From Dudresnaya verticillata (Eukaryota): a stretch of 64,000 nt of DNA. The position numbers and the translations under genes were made by a program. The notes under the pieces were generated by a model. The model saw only the letters and a list, made by a program, of their open reading frames with translations. It was not told the DNA's origin and did not search any database. Each line of letters opens with the position of its first letter. Positions within the stretch are counted from its first letter, which is position 1. The stretch covers positions 930,001 through 994,000 of the forward strand of contig OZ374563.1 of the NCBI GenBank assembly GCA_977862235.1. The letters run 5' to 3'. This document shows, piece after piece, positions 20,587 through 31,642 of this stretch.

Positions 20587-22365
20587 TGCCACTTCGGCAT
20601 GGGCGATTCTGAATGTCCGGGTGAGGATGTTTGCTGTATGTTCGGCGCAGTGGGCTTGTGCGTGCCTGCCGGTTCGAGGTGCTGAGGCGTGCTTCTAGGT
20701 AAGATGGCTGTCACTAATGACGCTTACGGACGTCGCCTCTTTCGGCCAGATCGTTTCCTATTGCCCCTGGATGTTGCTGTTGCTGAAGTTTAGGCCTGGC
20801 TATGTTTTGCTTGTGTTGCTCGCAGCATTATTCTAGTTGTTTTTCTTGTTTACGTGAGTGTACTGAGCTAAAGAGCACTTCTTGAGCCTTACTGGTGCGA
20901 CGAGTAGCCGAGTTGCTCGCGGTCCGTTCCGTTATGTAGTTCCCTACCTCTTGTGCATAGCAGCTTTCTACTTGATACTTGATACGCCACGTTCGCCCTG
21001 TTGAACACTGCCCATCCGTTGCGGCGTCGGGCTGTATCCCTTGATCTTGTTCTCCATGGGTGCCTCGTTCGCAACACTTCAGAATGTTCGACGGCCATAT
21101 CTTTGTATACGCACGTGTGCACACATCGGTCCCAGCGCTGGAGGAGTACATGAGCAATATAGCCATATCCGGCTTGTATCGGGAGTCTGCAAAGGATTCA
21201 GCTTTGCAGTTTTTCTGCGCTCAATATTGTAGGGGCAGAGAGCAGAATCGGCACCATGGGCTCTGCCATCGAGTACAACCCCTGCACCCTCACTGTCACG
21301 ATTGCTTAAGCTCGCGGAAGAGACTTGACAGTTGTACCAACAGCGCGGTTCTGCGCGGTTCGGGAGGTTGAGCTACTTGGAATTGCAAATGGAACGCCAG
21401 AGAGAATTACGACTGACTGAAAATATTGCCAGACAATATGCAGAGTGGCACATATGACGTCCATTATGTCAGCAACGTTTAAAGGGCAATGGAAGATGTC
21501 ACTAGCTCACTAACTGTGTTTCCGTATTCGTTCAACGTGCATACCCTTGTGCTTGATGTCGGCTGGCTCTGGGAGAGGGCTCGGAGTGAGGGTGGAGGTG
21601 AGAGTGATGGGAGGTGGTGGCAAGTCGTGTGGAGGTAAAGGCACAAGCCCAAGCGAAGAAACATCTCCCCTCACTGTCCGCTTTGGGTCTACCCTCCTCC
21701 GGAACCAAGCCCTGGTCTTGCTTGGTCGATTCTGCGGCGAATGCTCTTGTTCGTGTGCTCCTTATCGTGCAACAACATCTCCGCCTTACCATTAAAGCAT
21801 AAATTTGGCATATTGTTTTTTATTACAAGCCAAACCGCCACGGGCATTCGCCTTTTCTCAGAATGGCATCCAACTCATATTCATGTCTCCTTCTAAACGC
21901 AAAGTGCGAGGCACAGAGCATGATGCTCCTCGTTTGCTTTCTGTGCAAAGTTCAGCACACGCGAGTTTCACCATCACCAGCAATACAAGCTTCCTTGTGC
22001 CTCCGGGGAATATCTGCGAATCTGTGTCGCCCGAGTTATCTGTATACGAGTTGTCTCAACCGATTTGACGCAAACCATCGTTCGACTCCCTCTGCCCTGT
22101 CCCTCCTTAGCTACACGTCTCGTAGTGACCGCAATGCTGACAGAAAATGCAATCGCAGTCAAGCTCTCACGCTACGCTCATGTCGAGGTAAAGACTATCA
22201 GTTCAGCACTCGCTCTAAGCCTGTACGCAATGCAACTAATGCTTTAGTCTTCGCCTTGCCAAGGAGTAGTACCATAAACGATATGGAAAACAACAGCATG
22301 CCTGTTGCTCACTTTGCAAAACATGCCGCGCTCGTAGGCTTAGGAGAAAATGCATAGAAAGGCAA

Positions 22366-23087
22366 CTATGCGACTTCAGGCGCGTGCTTCAGAATGTACT
22401 CTTCCAAAACAGCTTTCCCAATAGCACCTTCCTGAATGTCGACGGGTTCACCGTTCTTGAATACGGCCAGGGTTGGCAAGCCGTGGATGTTGTATTGCCG
22501 CACGAATGTGTCGTCCTTTTCGGTATTGACCTTAACAACCTTCAACTTTCCTTCAAACTCGCTCGCAGCCCAGTCCATACTGTGGATGCACAAGAAACAA
22601 ACAAGAATGAACATTGAATCCCGTTAGACATGACATGCTTCTACGGTTTGCTTAAAGACGTTCACATTGCAAACAATTAAGATGACGTACAGTGGGGCGA
22701 CGAGCTTGCACGGACCGCACCAGGACGCATAAAAGTCGACCAGCACAGGGATATCCTGAACGTGGAAAAAGGGAGGGATGATGATGCAGAATGAATAGGA
22801 GCGCAAGCGGGAGATGGTTAGCATCAATCTGCTTTGACGCCGGCAGCACAATAAGAAGACCGTCGCAAAGATTTGGTACAACGTACAGCTGACAATACCT
22901 CAGTCTCAAAAGCTTCCGATTCGATATCAAGCGGAGCGGCGGCGCTCACAACAGCACGCCTGAGCACGGCACGCCGGATCGGGGGCGTCGAGACGCTCGG
23001 GACGGACTGTGCCGAAGTCCATGCGGACGCCGCACTGCGAAGGGTGAGCGGGGCGGCGCACGGGACAAAGGCAGGTTGGGCGCTCAT
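22366..23087 (-). CDS. Plastid-targeted thioredoxin (probably x-type); 3 exons: 23087-22887, 22755-22691, 22579-22366
   Basis: WCGPC active site. Two GTACGT...CAG introns (131 and 111 nt) join frames to ...[30 protein letters not shown]...GLPTL; transit peptide MSAQPAFVP. Confidence 0.9.
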
Positions 23088-23471
23088 GGCGAAGGTGCTG
23101 GAAGTGAAACGTTTGGAGGTGTCGACGCCGCGGAGAGTCGGATGATGGCGGGGCGGGGTGAGCTCTTTCTGTGGAAGCGCTCCGCAGCGGTGGCGGTATG
23201 GCGCGAGCGGGAGCTGCACGAGCGACAGCGTACAGATTCATCGCTGAGAAGGTCAACAGACGCGCAGATTTCCAGAAATTCAGCGCGCACAAAATATCTG
23301 TGCAGCAGTTCCTCCGCTCTGCACGCCGCAGATCCGCCCTTTCGCGATCCTTCCGGAACGCCGCCGTTGCCAGCGCACGCCTCCCGCCGCCGCCCGGGCG
23401 CGACATAACCGCCGCGCCGCGTCGGACGCCGCCGCGCACCGCCGCGAGCCCGCGCCGCCATCGACAACGAC

Positions 23472-24209
23472 ATGATGGACTGCACGGAGCAGACGCTTCT
23501 GCTGCGTCTACAAGCGCTGTCGTGCCCGTTCGCGGCGGCGTACGACGCGTCGAATCCGCTGCACCAGCAGCGCGCCATCGCGTGGCTGGAGGACGCGCAC
23601 CTGCGCGTGCTGCGCGTGCCGGCGCGGGCCGCGCTGCGCCAGCGCGCGTTCGCCCCCGCGCTGCACGCGTATCTGCGCCGTCTGGGCCTGCCACCGCCCG
23701 ACGCGGCAGACCTGCGTCCGACCGTCGCGCGTCTGGTCGACCGCGCGCTCGCGCTGCACTACGCCGACCACGCCGTCACGCTCGCCGCTCCGCACGACCC
23801 GTGGCAGGGCCGCTGCGTCCCCGTCGTGCCCGGCGCTGCGGCCGATGTAGACGTGCTTGACGCTGTGGCGGGGCTGCTGCAGGTACTGGGTGTGCGTGGA
23901 CAGCCAAAGGATGCCGTGGAGGGTGCTAGGGTTGCGGCCGCGGTTGTGGGGGCGGGGTTGGTGAGTGGTGATGGCGATGTCGAGGAGGAGAGGGAGGAAG
24001 ATGGTGCGCCCCAGGATGTGCTCAAGGATCTCCCGCTGGGCTTTTCGACTGGCAATGAGCAGGTTGACCGCTTTGCAAAGGTCGTGCGCTTGTTGCATGT
24101 GCGCAGAGTACGTGAGCTGCAAGACGCTGTCAACGCGGCGGTGGCGGAGATGCAGGCTGTTACGGCGGACCCGAAGACCGACTCCAAGCTTGGAAGAGTG
24201 GGACGGTAG
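23472..24209 (+). CDS. RTRAF: RTRAF/CGI-99 (C14orf166)-like protein, tRNA-ligase complex subunit
   Basis: IAWLED..LR N-terminus and C-terminal PLGF.TG...RLLH...RELQ..VN......Q..TADPKTDSKLGRVGR. Confidence 0.85.
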   Translation: MMDCTEQTLLLRLQALSCPFAAAYDASNPLHQQRAIAWLEDAHLRVLRVPARAALRQRAFAPALHAYLRRLGLPPPDAADLRPTVARLVDRALALHYADHAVTLAAPHDPWQGRCVPVVPGAAADVDVLDAVAGLLQVLGVRGQPKDAVEGARVAAAVVGAGLVSGDGDVEEEREEDGAPQDVLKDLPLGFSTGNEQVDRFAKVVRLLHVRRVRELQDAVNAAVAEMQAVTADPKTDSKLGRVGR

Positions 24210-24332
24210 CGTATCACTAACATGTATCAATACGGTCGGTACCAACTTTTGCTTATTGCTTTCTCACTATGGTTCAAGTAGCAGAGCTGAGACAACATCC
24301 TTTCTCACGAAGCCGCAACGTATCCACTAGGA

Positions 24333-25415
24333 TCACAACTCTGGCATCTGCGATAGCATCCTTCGCCTCCCGCTAAGCACACGTGCGCGAACAGACTTGC
24401 CAAGCTTGGCAGCGACATACCTTGCACTAGTACCAAGCCCCGCGGTAGCAATGCCCTTGAGCGACTGTCGCAAGCTAGACCTGGCGACAACGGTGGCCAC
24501 GGCACCGACGACGGCCCTCCCAACGATAGCGCTATCCAGAGCTGCCACAGCGTCCTCCCCGCCGTCGGTGATGCCCAGTCTCCTCCGCACGCTCTCACGG
24601 ATATGACTCGGCAGCCTCCCCAGCAGGCGGGCCTGGCCGTTTGCCTCGACCTCCCTGCACCAAACACCACCCTCCTTGCCATACGCAAAGCCGCCGCCGA
24701 CGGCGTACGGCTTGTAGAGGGCGCGGAAGCGATCCAGGTTTGCTCGGACAATGTCCGAGACCTTGGAGCGCACCTCGACCGCGAAGCGCATGCGCAGGTC
24801 ACCGTTGTACGACAGTGCAGCGACGGCGTTGTACAGATCGGCCTCTGCGAAGCGCTCGGGCAGCGAGAGCAGGGCAGCAGCCGCGGCCGAGTCGAGGTTG
24901 GCGCGCATGGCATCGGCCAGGCCCGGGGCGGGCGGTGGGGCGCACAGGACGCGGATGGGCTTCTGCATGCGACCCGATACGTAGAGCGAGTCCCAGTGGC
25001 GCAGGTCGTGCTCCAGGTCCCCCGTAGAGACGACACCGTACTTGAAGGGTCGCGGGGCGCAGCTCAGGATGGTGTTGAAGTAGACGCGCGCTCCGAACGG
25101 CGAGCGCTGCACGCGCGCGATGGCGGCCGGGCCCAGCGCGGCCATGGGACGGGTGTAGTGCGCCGGGTTGGCGGCGAGGTTGCGCGCGTGCCACTGCTCG
25201 GCGTCGTCTACGGCGACGATTACGTCGAGCATGCGCGCGTCGCGGCGCGCGACGCCGGCCTGCGGGAAGATGGCCGAGCCGTACGCAAAGGCGAAGCGGG
25301 CCGGCGGTAGCGTGGACACGACTTGCAGCGCGACATCGTGGTCGCGTGGGAGCGCGACCGCGTCAGCCTGGCGGGAGCGTGCGGCTGGCTGCTCTCCGCG
25401 CGACGGGGAGGGCAT
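24333..25415 (-). CDS. TAM41: Mitochondrial phosphatidate cytidylyltransferase Tam41/Mmp37
   Basis: FAYGS..FPQ, MLD.IVAV, WH..NL..NP.HY, KYGVVS...L..DL..W.SLY.SGRMQKP, LSY.GD.RM. Confidence 0.92.
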   Translation of the reverse strand: MPSPSRGEQPAARSRQADAVALPRDHDVALQVVSTLPPARFAFAYGSAIFPQAGVARRDARMLDVIVAVDDAEQWHARNLAANPAHYTRPMAALGPAAIARVQRSPFGARVYFNTILSCAPRPFKYGVVSTGDLEHDLRHWDSLYVSGRMQKPIRVLCAPPPAPGLADAMRANLDSAAAAALLSLPERFAEADLYNAVAALSYNGDLRMRFAVEVRSKVSDIVRANLDRFRALYKPYAVGGGFAYGKEGGVWCREVEANGQARLLGRLPSHIRESVRRRLGITDGGEDAVAALDSAIVGRAVVGAVATVVARSSLRQSLKGIATAGLGTSARYVAAKLGKSVRARVLSGRRRMLSQMPEL

Positions 25416-25907
25416 GGGGCGCGGCGGGCATAGAAGGTGGGCGGGCGGGAGGGCGGGCGCGGAGGGGAAGGGGGAATGGTGTGGTCTTTGTCGACAGCTG
25501 TCTGAAAACGGGCGGCAGATGGACAAGTGGACGCCGCGCTTGGCGACTGCATTTGGTGGCTGATTGCTAATAATCTCGCGATCATCAGGTGATCAGCGGC
25601 CGGCTGCGACCCGATTCAAGTTGTGAGTTACGGACGAGGCTGTAACGACGGGCGCGTTGTGCTCTCTCTCGCTCTTTCTCGCTCTCTCCCGCTGGCAACG
25701 AGTCGCCACCGTCGCCATCTTCGCACCCTGTTCGCTGCTAGTCGACAGGCAAAGCAAATTGCTCTTTGCTTTTACACTTCTGTCCTTGAGATTGCTCAGC
25801 CTTTCAAAACTGGGCCAGCCTGCTATGCCGTCCCCTCCGCCGACCGGAACACCCAAAGGCCCTCCCACACACCGCACACAAACTATACACAAAAAGAAAG
25901 ACATGCT

Positions 25908-26891
25908 CTACATGTCATTCACCATCGCCCCATTCTCCTTGCCCTCGCTCACAGCCGTAATACGAACATCGCTGCCGGGGGCGTATTCGTGCCGGATGTC
26001 GTCAAAGTAGGGGTGTTTGAGCGCGTCGATGGCCGAGATGCGCTTCTTGGGCGACAGCTGCACCATCTGCATAAAGAGGTCGATGCCGTCCTTGCCGAGC
26101 TTGTTGAGCGACGGGATGGCCGCGGCGGGGTCCTGCGCGCGGAACTGCGGGTACTCGTGCCAGTCGCGCAGATCGGTCACCTGCGGCCATGTGTCCTTGG
26201 TGGGCGTGCCCAGCACCTGGAAGATGGCCAGCAGCTGCTCCAGCTCAGACTCGCCGCAAAACACCGGGCGTCCGTGCACCATCTCGGCGAGGATGCACCC
26301 GACGCTCCACATGTCGACGCCGGTCGAGTAGTGCTTGGTGCCGAGCAGGATCTCGGGCGCGCGGTACCACAACGTCACGACCTCGTGCGTGTACTTGCCG
26401 ACCGGCAGCGAGAAGACGCGGCCCAGGCCAAAATCGGCCAGCTTGATGGTCTGCGACTTAACGTCGATGAGGAGGTTTTGCGGCTTGAGGTCGCGGTGCA
26501 TGATGCTGTTGGAGTGGCAGTAGCGCAGGCCGAGCAAGATCTGGAAGCAAAAGTGCTTGGCGAGGAGCGGCGGCATGGCCGAGCCCTTGCCATACTTGGA
26601 GGTCATAAACTGCTTGAGGTCATGGTCGAGAAACTCAAAGACGAGAAAAAGGACGGGCGAGCCCGAGCGGGCCTCGGTGTGCACAACCTCCTCAAGACGC
26701 ACGACATACGGGTGCTGCAGCGAGCGCAAGATGGACACCTCGCGCAGCGTGGTCGGAGGCACACCCTCGTCGTCCGACGACAAGATGGTCTTCTTGAGCG
26801 CGACGGTGCGCCCCGTCTCGAGGTGCTGCGCCTTGTACACCTTTCCATACGTGCCCTGGCCGAGCAGCTCGGTGCGCTTGTAGTTCTCCAT
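25908..26891 (-). CDS. CDKB: B-type cyclin-dependent kinase
   Basis: GQGTYGKV, PPTTLRE cyclin-binding motif (CDKB type), HRDLKPQN, DFG, YTHEVVTLWYRAPE. Confidence 0.93.
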   Translation of the reverse strand: MENYKRTELLGQGTYGKVYKAQHLETGRTVALKKTILSSDDEGVPPTTLREVSILRSLQHPYVVRLEEVVHTEARSGSPVLFLVFEFLDHDLKQFMTSKYGKGSAMPPLLAKHFCFQILLGLRYCHSNSIMHRDLKPQNLLIDVKSQTIKLADFGLGRVFSLPVGKYTHEVVTLWYRAPEILLGTKHYSTGVDMWSVGCILAEMVHGRPVFCGESELEQLLAIFQVLGTPTKDTWPQVTDLRDWHEYPQFRAQDPAAAIPSLNKLGKDGIDLFMQMVQLSPKKRISAIDALKHPYFDDIRHEYAPGSDVRITAVSEGKENGAMVNDM

Positions 26892-27357
26892 GGGCGGGGT
26901 GCAACTCGAAACGTTGGGGAGGCGGCGGCGGCGTGCGTGTATCGGCCACGTGGGGTGCGCTGGCGTGAGCGGCGGGAGGCGGAGAGGGGGGGGGGCGGGG
27001 GGTGAGGGAGGCAAAGAGGCGGAGGTGGTTGTACTTGTTTCTTCGCGCGCACGCAGGCGTTAAGTAGCGCGGCGCAGCAGTGCACAGCACGGGGCGGGGC
27101 GGGGCGGTGCGGGCGTTCCGACGAACGGGCAAATCGGGCGAGTCGCGGTGTGTGAGCGCGAGCGCGAGGAGGCAGAGGGAGAGAGCGAACGGGTCGAACG
27201 AGGCGTCCCGTTTTGGCGGGAAGCGCTCGCACCGCCGTCTACGCGGCCCCATTGGCCGCTTTCAACTGTTCGAACAAACGGCTAAGTCCACGCAACCTCC
27301 GCGCTCCCTCCGCGCACCCCCCGCCGCACCCTCCGCCGTACCGCGCGCGCCGCCGTC

Positions 27358-28638
27358 ATGCCCGCGCCCGCTGCGGCCTTTGCCGCCGCGTCCCCGTCGC
27401 CGCTCCACGGCCCGCACCTCCACGCCCACCGTCCGCTCTCGCCGCGCCGCGCCGCGCCGCGCGCCATGCGCAACCCCGACCTCCCGGCGGCACGCCCGCC
27501 GCCGCATCCGCCGCCGCATCTGCCGCCGCCACTCCCTACTGCGCCGAACCCGCCCACGCACCACTTCTCGACCGTGGTGCACGCGTCGCGCGCCGCGCTA
27601 GCCGCGGCCGACGCGAGCCGCGACGCGCTGGACGAGCAGCAGTACGGCCGTCTGGGCGGCCCGACCGCGCGCCTGCTGGAGCGCGCGCTGTCGCGACACG
27701 CGCGCGCGCACGCCGCGCTGCTGGCGCCTTCCGCCGCGCTGGCGCTCTCCGCCGCCACCACACCCTTCCTCTCCGCGCGCGCCGCCGTCGCCGCGCCGCC
27801 GCCGTCGCACGTGCACCCGGACGCGCGCGCGCTGCTGCTCTCGTTGCTGCCGCGCCTCGGCGTGCGCGTGCGCCGCTACGCCACCGCGGCGGACCTACGC
27901 GCCATGCTGCACGAGCGCGGCGAGCGCGCGCCGCGCGTGGTGCTGCTGCCGTGTGCGCACGCCGCGGCGCGCTTCCGCGCGTTTGCGCCCGCGCCGCTCG
28001 CCGCGCACGCCAATCTGTCGGCGCTGCGCGCCGCGGCCCCGGCCGCGGTGTTTGTGCAGCACTGCGCGGGCGCGCTGCCCGCCGCGCCGGCCGCCGACGT
28101 GCTGGTCACGTCGGCCAACCGCGCCGGCGGGCTGCTGGACGCGGACGCGATGCTGTCGTTCGGCGTGCTCGCGTGCCGCGACGAGCGCGTGTACCGCAAG
28201 GTGCGCAACGCTGTGCGGGGGCGTCTTGGGCCGGTTGCAGGCGCGCCGTCGCCGGATGACGCGCGGCGCGGGCTGTTTGCGATGCGTACGGCCGCGGCGA
28301 GGCGCGCGGCGCAGGAGGCCGCCGTCGCGCAGCTGGTCTTGTTTCTCAGAGGCGGCGCTGTGCCCGGCGTCAGACGCGTTTGGAGTGCACGCTCAGAGCT
28401 TGATGTCAGTGTTGAGGTAGACAATGTTAACGCGTTTCTTGACGGTCTCAAACTAGTGCGCATCGCGGATGGCATCGGTGGCGGTAGCGCCATGTCCTTT
28501 GCGTGGCCTTGCTGGGCGATAGACGAACGCAACGTTACTGACGTTGTGCTGTCCGTGGGGCTTGAGCCTGTAGAAGACCTGAAGGCAGACATCCTGCAAG
28601 CAGCACACGCCATGCTTCAGCAAACGAGCGAACCGTAA
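27358..28638 (+). CDS. Divergent Cys/Met-metabolism PLP-dependent enzyme homolog (cystathionine gamma-lyase/synthase fold), probably non-catalytic
   Basis: YGRLGGPT..LLE..L, ADVLVTSANR, FLDGLKL, and C-terminal LSVGLEPVEDLKADILQA match the family pattern. Confidence 0.7.
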   Translation: MPAPAAAFAAASPSPLHGPHLHAHRPLSPRRAAPRAMRNPDLPAARPPPHPPPHLPPPLPTAPNPPTHHFSTVVHASRAALAAADASRDALDEQQYGRLGGPTARLLERALSRHARAHAALLAPSAALALSAATTPFLSARAAVAAPPPSHVHPDARALLLSLLPRLGVRVRRYATAADLRAMLHERGERAPRVVLLPCAHAAARFRAFAPAPLAAHANLSALRAAAPAAVFVQHCAGALPAAPAADVLVTSANRAGGLLDADAMLSFGVLACRDERVYRKVRNAVRGRLGPVAGAPSPDDARRGLFAMRTAAARRAAQEAAVAQLVLFLRGGAVPGVRRVWSARSELDVSVEVDNVNAFLDGLKLVRIADGIGGGSAMSFAWPCWAIDERNVTDVVLSVGLEPVEDLKADILQAAHAMLQQTSEP

Positions 28639-29007
28639 CAAACCAGTCCAGAACGGCGATAACTACCTTGACCTTCGCGATACCTTAGTTCTTACGCGTC
28701 ACGAGGACAAAGCCTCGCCAGTGTCTTCCACACCGATAATACGAACACACCTTCCCTCCCCTTCAGCGAACAAAGTCCTATCCAATACGCTGTGTCCACT
28801 AAGACCGGAACGCACGCATACACGCTACAGACAAGCACTACACGACGCAAAAAACACATCGTTAACATTACATGCACCGCAAACCGGTTTTAGTTTATCA
28901 GGTCATGTCAGTAGTAGTAAACTCTACACAGAAGGACACCAGTCCGCTCGGACTGCTGCGTACCTTCAAAAGATGCTGGTAAGCATCTACCGCCTGCAGG
29001 CAAAATT

Positions 29008-31236
29008 TTAGTCCACCTCCTCCATGTTGGAGGCGGCGGCACCCTCCTCAAGCGGCGGAAGCTCCTCATCGTCGCCACCAGCCTTGGTAGCATCGATTTC
29101 CTCCTCCTCGTCATCATCGATGCTCAGCCCCAGCTTGATCATCCGGTGGATACGGGCAGCGAAGATGTTCGGCTCATCGAGCGAGAACCCAGAGGTCAGG
29201 AGCGCAGTGTCGAACAACAGGTTGACCAGATCCTTCACAGTCTTCTCGGTCTTGTCCGCGTCCACACGCTTCCGTAGCTCCTTCACAATCGTGTTGGAAG
29301 GATTGATCTCCATCGTCTTGCGGGAGCTCATGTAAGTAGACAGCGACGAATCGCGGAGAGCCTGCGCCTTCATGATACGCTCCATGTTGGCAGACCACCC
29401 ATACTCACCAGTCACGAGAATGCAGGGCGAGTCTGAAAGGCGTTCGGAAACAACAACCTTCTCGACCTTGTCTCCAAGGTGCTCCTTGATAACAGTGCAG
29501 AGCGCCTCACAGGCCTTCTTCTCGTCCTCACGCTTCTTCTTTTCATCCTCAGACTCCTCAAGCTCCATGCCCTCCTTGGAGGCACAGACAAGCTTCTTAC
29601 CCTCAAACTCCTTGAGCTGCTGGACGCAGTACTCGTCAATCGGCTCAACCATGAAGAGCACCTCAAAGCCCTTCTGCTTAAGCTTCTCGAGGAAAGGAGA
29701 GTTCTCGACGGCCTTCTTGCTCTCACCCGTGATGTAGTAGATGTTCTTCTGGCCATCCTTCATGCGCTCAACATACTCCTTGAGGGAGATGAGCTCATCT
29801 GGGTACTTAGTTGAGTTATAGCGCAACAGGCCAGCAAGCTTGTCGCGGTTCGTGGCGTCCTCGTGGATACCGAGCTTGATGTTCTTCGAGAACTGCTCGT
29901 AGAAGGTCTTGTAGTCCTCCTTGTTCTCGGCCAGCTCGGTGAAGAGCTCCATGCACTTCTTGACCAAGTTCTTGCGGATGACCTTCAGAATCTTGTTCTG
30001 CTGGAGCATCTCGCGGCTCAGGTTAAGCGGGAGATCCTCAGAGTCGACAACACCCTTGATGAAGTTGAGATACTCCGGGATAATGTCCTCGCAGTTGTCC
30101 ATGATGAAGACACGCTTGACGTAGAGCTTGATGTTGTTGAGCTTCTTACGCGGCTCGAAGAGATCAAACGGAGCGCGCTTCGGAACGAAGATGATAGCCT
30201 TAAACTCGAGCTGACCCTCCAAGGTGAAGTGCTTGACGTGCAAGTGCTCCTCCCAGTCGTTGGTGATGCTCTTGTAGAAGGAGGCGTACTCCTCCTTGGT
30301 GACATCATCAGGCTTGCGGGTCCAGATGGGCTTATTCTTGTTAAGAAGCTGCCACTCTGGCTCCTTGACCTTGATGGTCTTCTTCTTGGTCTCCTTGTCG
30401 TCATCCTCAGTGATGTCCTCAACCTTTGTGTCATCCTCCTCATCGGGCTTCTCCTCCTCACCGTCCTTCTTCTCCTCAGCGGCGTCATCCTTCTTTTCCT
30501 CGTCCTTGGACTCCTCACCGTCCTTCTTCTCAGCATCGTCGTCCTCGCCCTCAACCTCCTTCTCGACCTCCTTCTCGACGAGGAGGTTGATCGGGTACTG
30601 GATGAACTCTGAATGCTTCTTGACGAGGTCCTTGAGGCGGCGCTCCTCGAGGTACTCGAGCTGGTCGTCCTTGAGGTAGAGGACGATCCAGGTACCACGG
30701 GTGATGGTAGCACCAGTGTCCTTGGAGATGGTGAACGAGCCACCAGCCGAGGACTCCCAGACATACTGCTCATCATCATTGTGCTTGGTGTGGACAACGA
30801 CGTTATCGGCAACCAGATAGGACGAGTAGAAACCGACACCAAACTGGCCAATCATGGAGACATCAGCACCAGCAGCAAGGGCCTCCATGTAGGTCTTGGT
30901 GCCCGAGTTGGCGATCATGCCGAGGTTGTTGACGAGGTCAGACTTGGTCATACCAATGCCGGTGTCCTGGATGGTGAGGGTCTTGGCCTCCTTGTCCGGA
31001 ACGATGCGGATCTCCATCTTGGGCTCTGTGTCCAGGATGGACTTGTCGGAGAGCGACTGGTAGCGGACCTTGTTGAGGGCATCCGACGCGTTGGAGATCA
31101 GCTCACGCAGGAAGATCTCCTTGTTAGAATAGACGGTGTTGATAATCAACGACATGAGCTGGTTGATCTCCGCCTGGAACTCATAGGTCTCCTTCTCCGG
31201 GGCGGCCGCGGGCGCGGCGGGAGCAGGGTCGGCCAT
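29008..31236 (-). CDS. HSP90: Cytosolic heat shock protein 90
   Basis: [53 protein letters not shown]-terminal MEEVD. Confidence 0.98.
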   Translation of the reverse strand: MADPAPAAPAAAPEKETYEFQAEINQLMSLIINTVYSNKEIFLRELISNASDALNKVRYQSLSDKSILDTEPKMEIRIVPDKEAKTLTIQDTGIGMTKSDLVNNLGMIANSGTKTYMEALAAGADVSMIGQFGVGFYSSYLVADNVVVHTKHNDDEQYVWESSAGGSFTISKDTGATITRGTWIVLYLKDDQLEYLEERRLKDLVKKHSEFIQYPINLLVEKEVEKEVEGEDDDAEKKDGEESKDEEKKDDAAEEKKDGEEEKPDEEDDTKVEDITEDDDKETKKKTIKVKEPEWQLLNKNKPIWTRKPDDVTKEEYASFYKSITNDWEEHLHVKHFTLEGQLEFKAIIFVPKRAPFDLFEPRKKLNNIKLYVKRVFIMDNCEDIIPEYLNFIKGVVDSEDLPLNLSREMLQQNKILKVIRKNLVKKCMELFTELAENKEDYKTFYEQFSKNIKLGIHEDATNRDKLAGLLRYNSTKYPDELISLKEYVERMKDGQKNIYYITGESKKAVENSPFLEKLKQKGFEVLFMVEPIDEYCVQQLKEFEGKKLVCASKEGMELEESEDEKKKREDEKKACEALCTVIKEHLGDKVEKVVVSERLSDSPCILVTGEYGWSANMERIMKAQALRDSSLSTYMSSRKTMEINPSNTIVKELRKRVDADKTEKTVKDLVNLLFDTALLTSGFSLDEPNIFAARIHRMIKLGLSIDDDEEEEIDATKAGGDDEELPPLEEGAAASNMEEVD

Positions 31237-31498
31237 AGCGCGCGGGCGGGGGTGGGGGTTGGGAGGGGTGTGTGTGTGTGAGTGGTGCGAGCGTTGGAGG
31301 AGCGCGGGCGTGCACGGCGGGCAGGCCAGATGGGGGAGGGGGAAGGTAGTGGGGGGGGTGTGGCGGGTGTGTCTGACGGGGGCGGGCGGGGGGGTGGGTC
31401 TACGGGAAGGGCGCGCGCGGGTTATAAGTCAAGCGGCGGAGGGTCGGGGGCGGGGCGGGAATGCGCGGCGGCGGTCGCGGCGCGGATCAAGCGCGGCG

Positions 31499-31642
31499 AG
31501 GACGTTCTAGAAGGCGTGAAAAACGGAAATAATCCGCGCGGTGCGACGGGTCGAGAAGCTTCCAACGGGCCGCGCGGCGTGATCCCCGCGTAGGATCCGT
31601 TGCGCGGCGCCAATTGCGCGCACAGCCCGACGCTTCTGGAAG
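31499..31642. promoter_or_regulatory. Heat-shock-element-like inverted nGAAn arrays upstream of HSP90
   Basis: gTTCtaGAAg (about 31504), aGAAgcTTCc (about 31554), cTTCtgGAAg (about 31633); TTATAA at 31422-31427. Confidence 0.6.

Larger units (their letters stand above)
13098..20685 (+). pseudogene. Secreted 6-Cys (C-C-CC-C-C) peptide gene interrupted by the copia element; fragments 13098-13252 and 20592-20685
   Basis: Removing the element and one TGCCA copy gives an 82-aa ORF: MSRFLATLAFVLSATALMFPLAAAAPAP...KMVFC-HFGMGDSECPGEDVCCMFGAVGLCVPAGSRC*. Confidence 0.85.
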
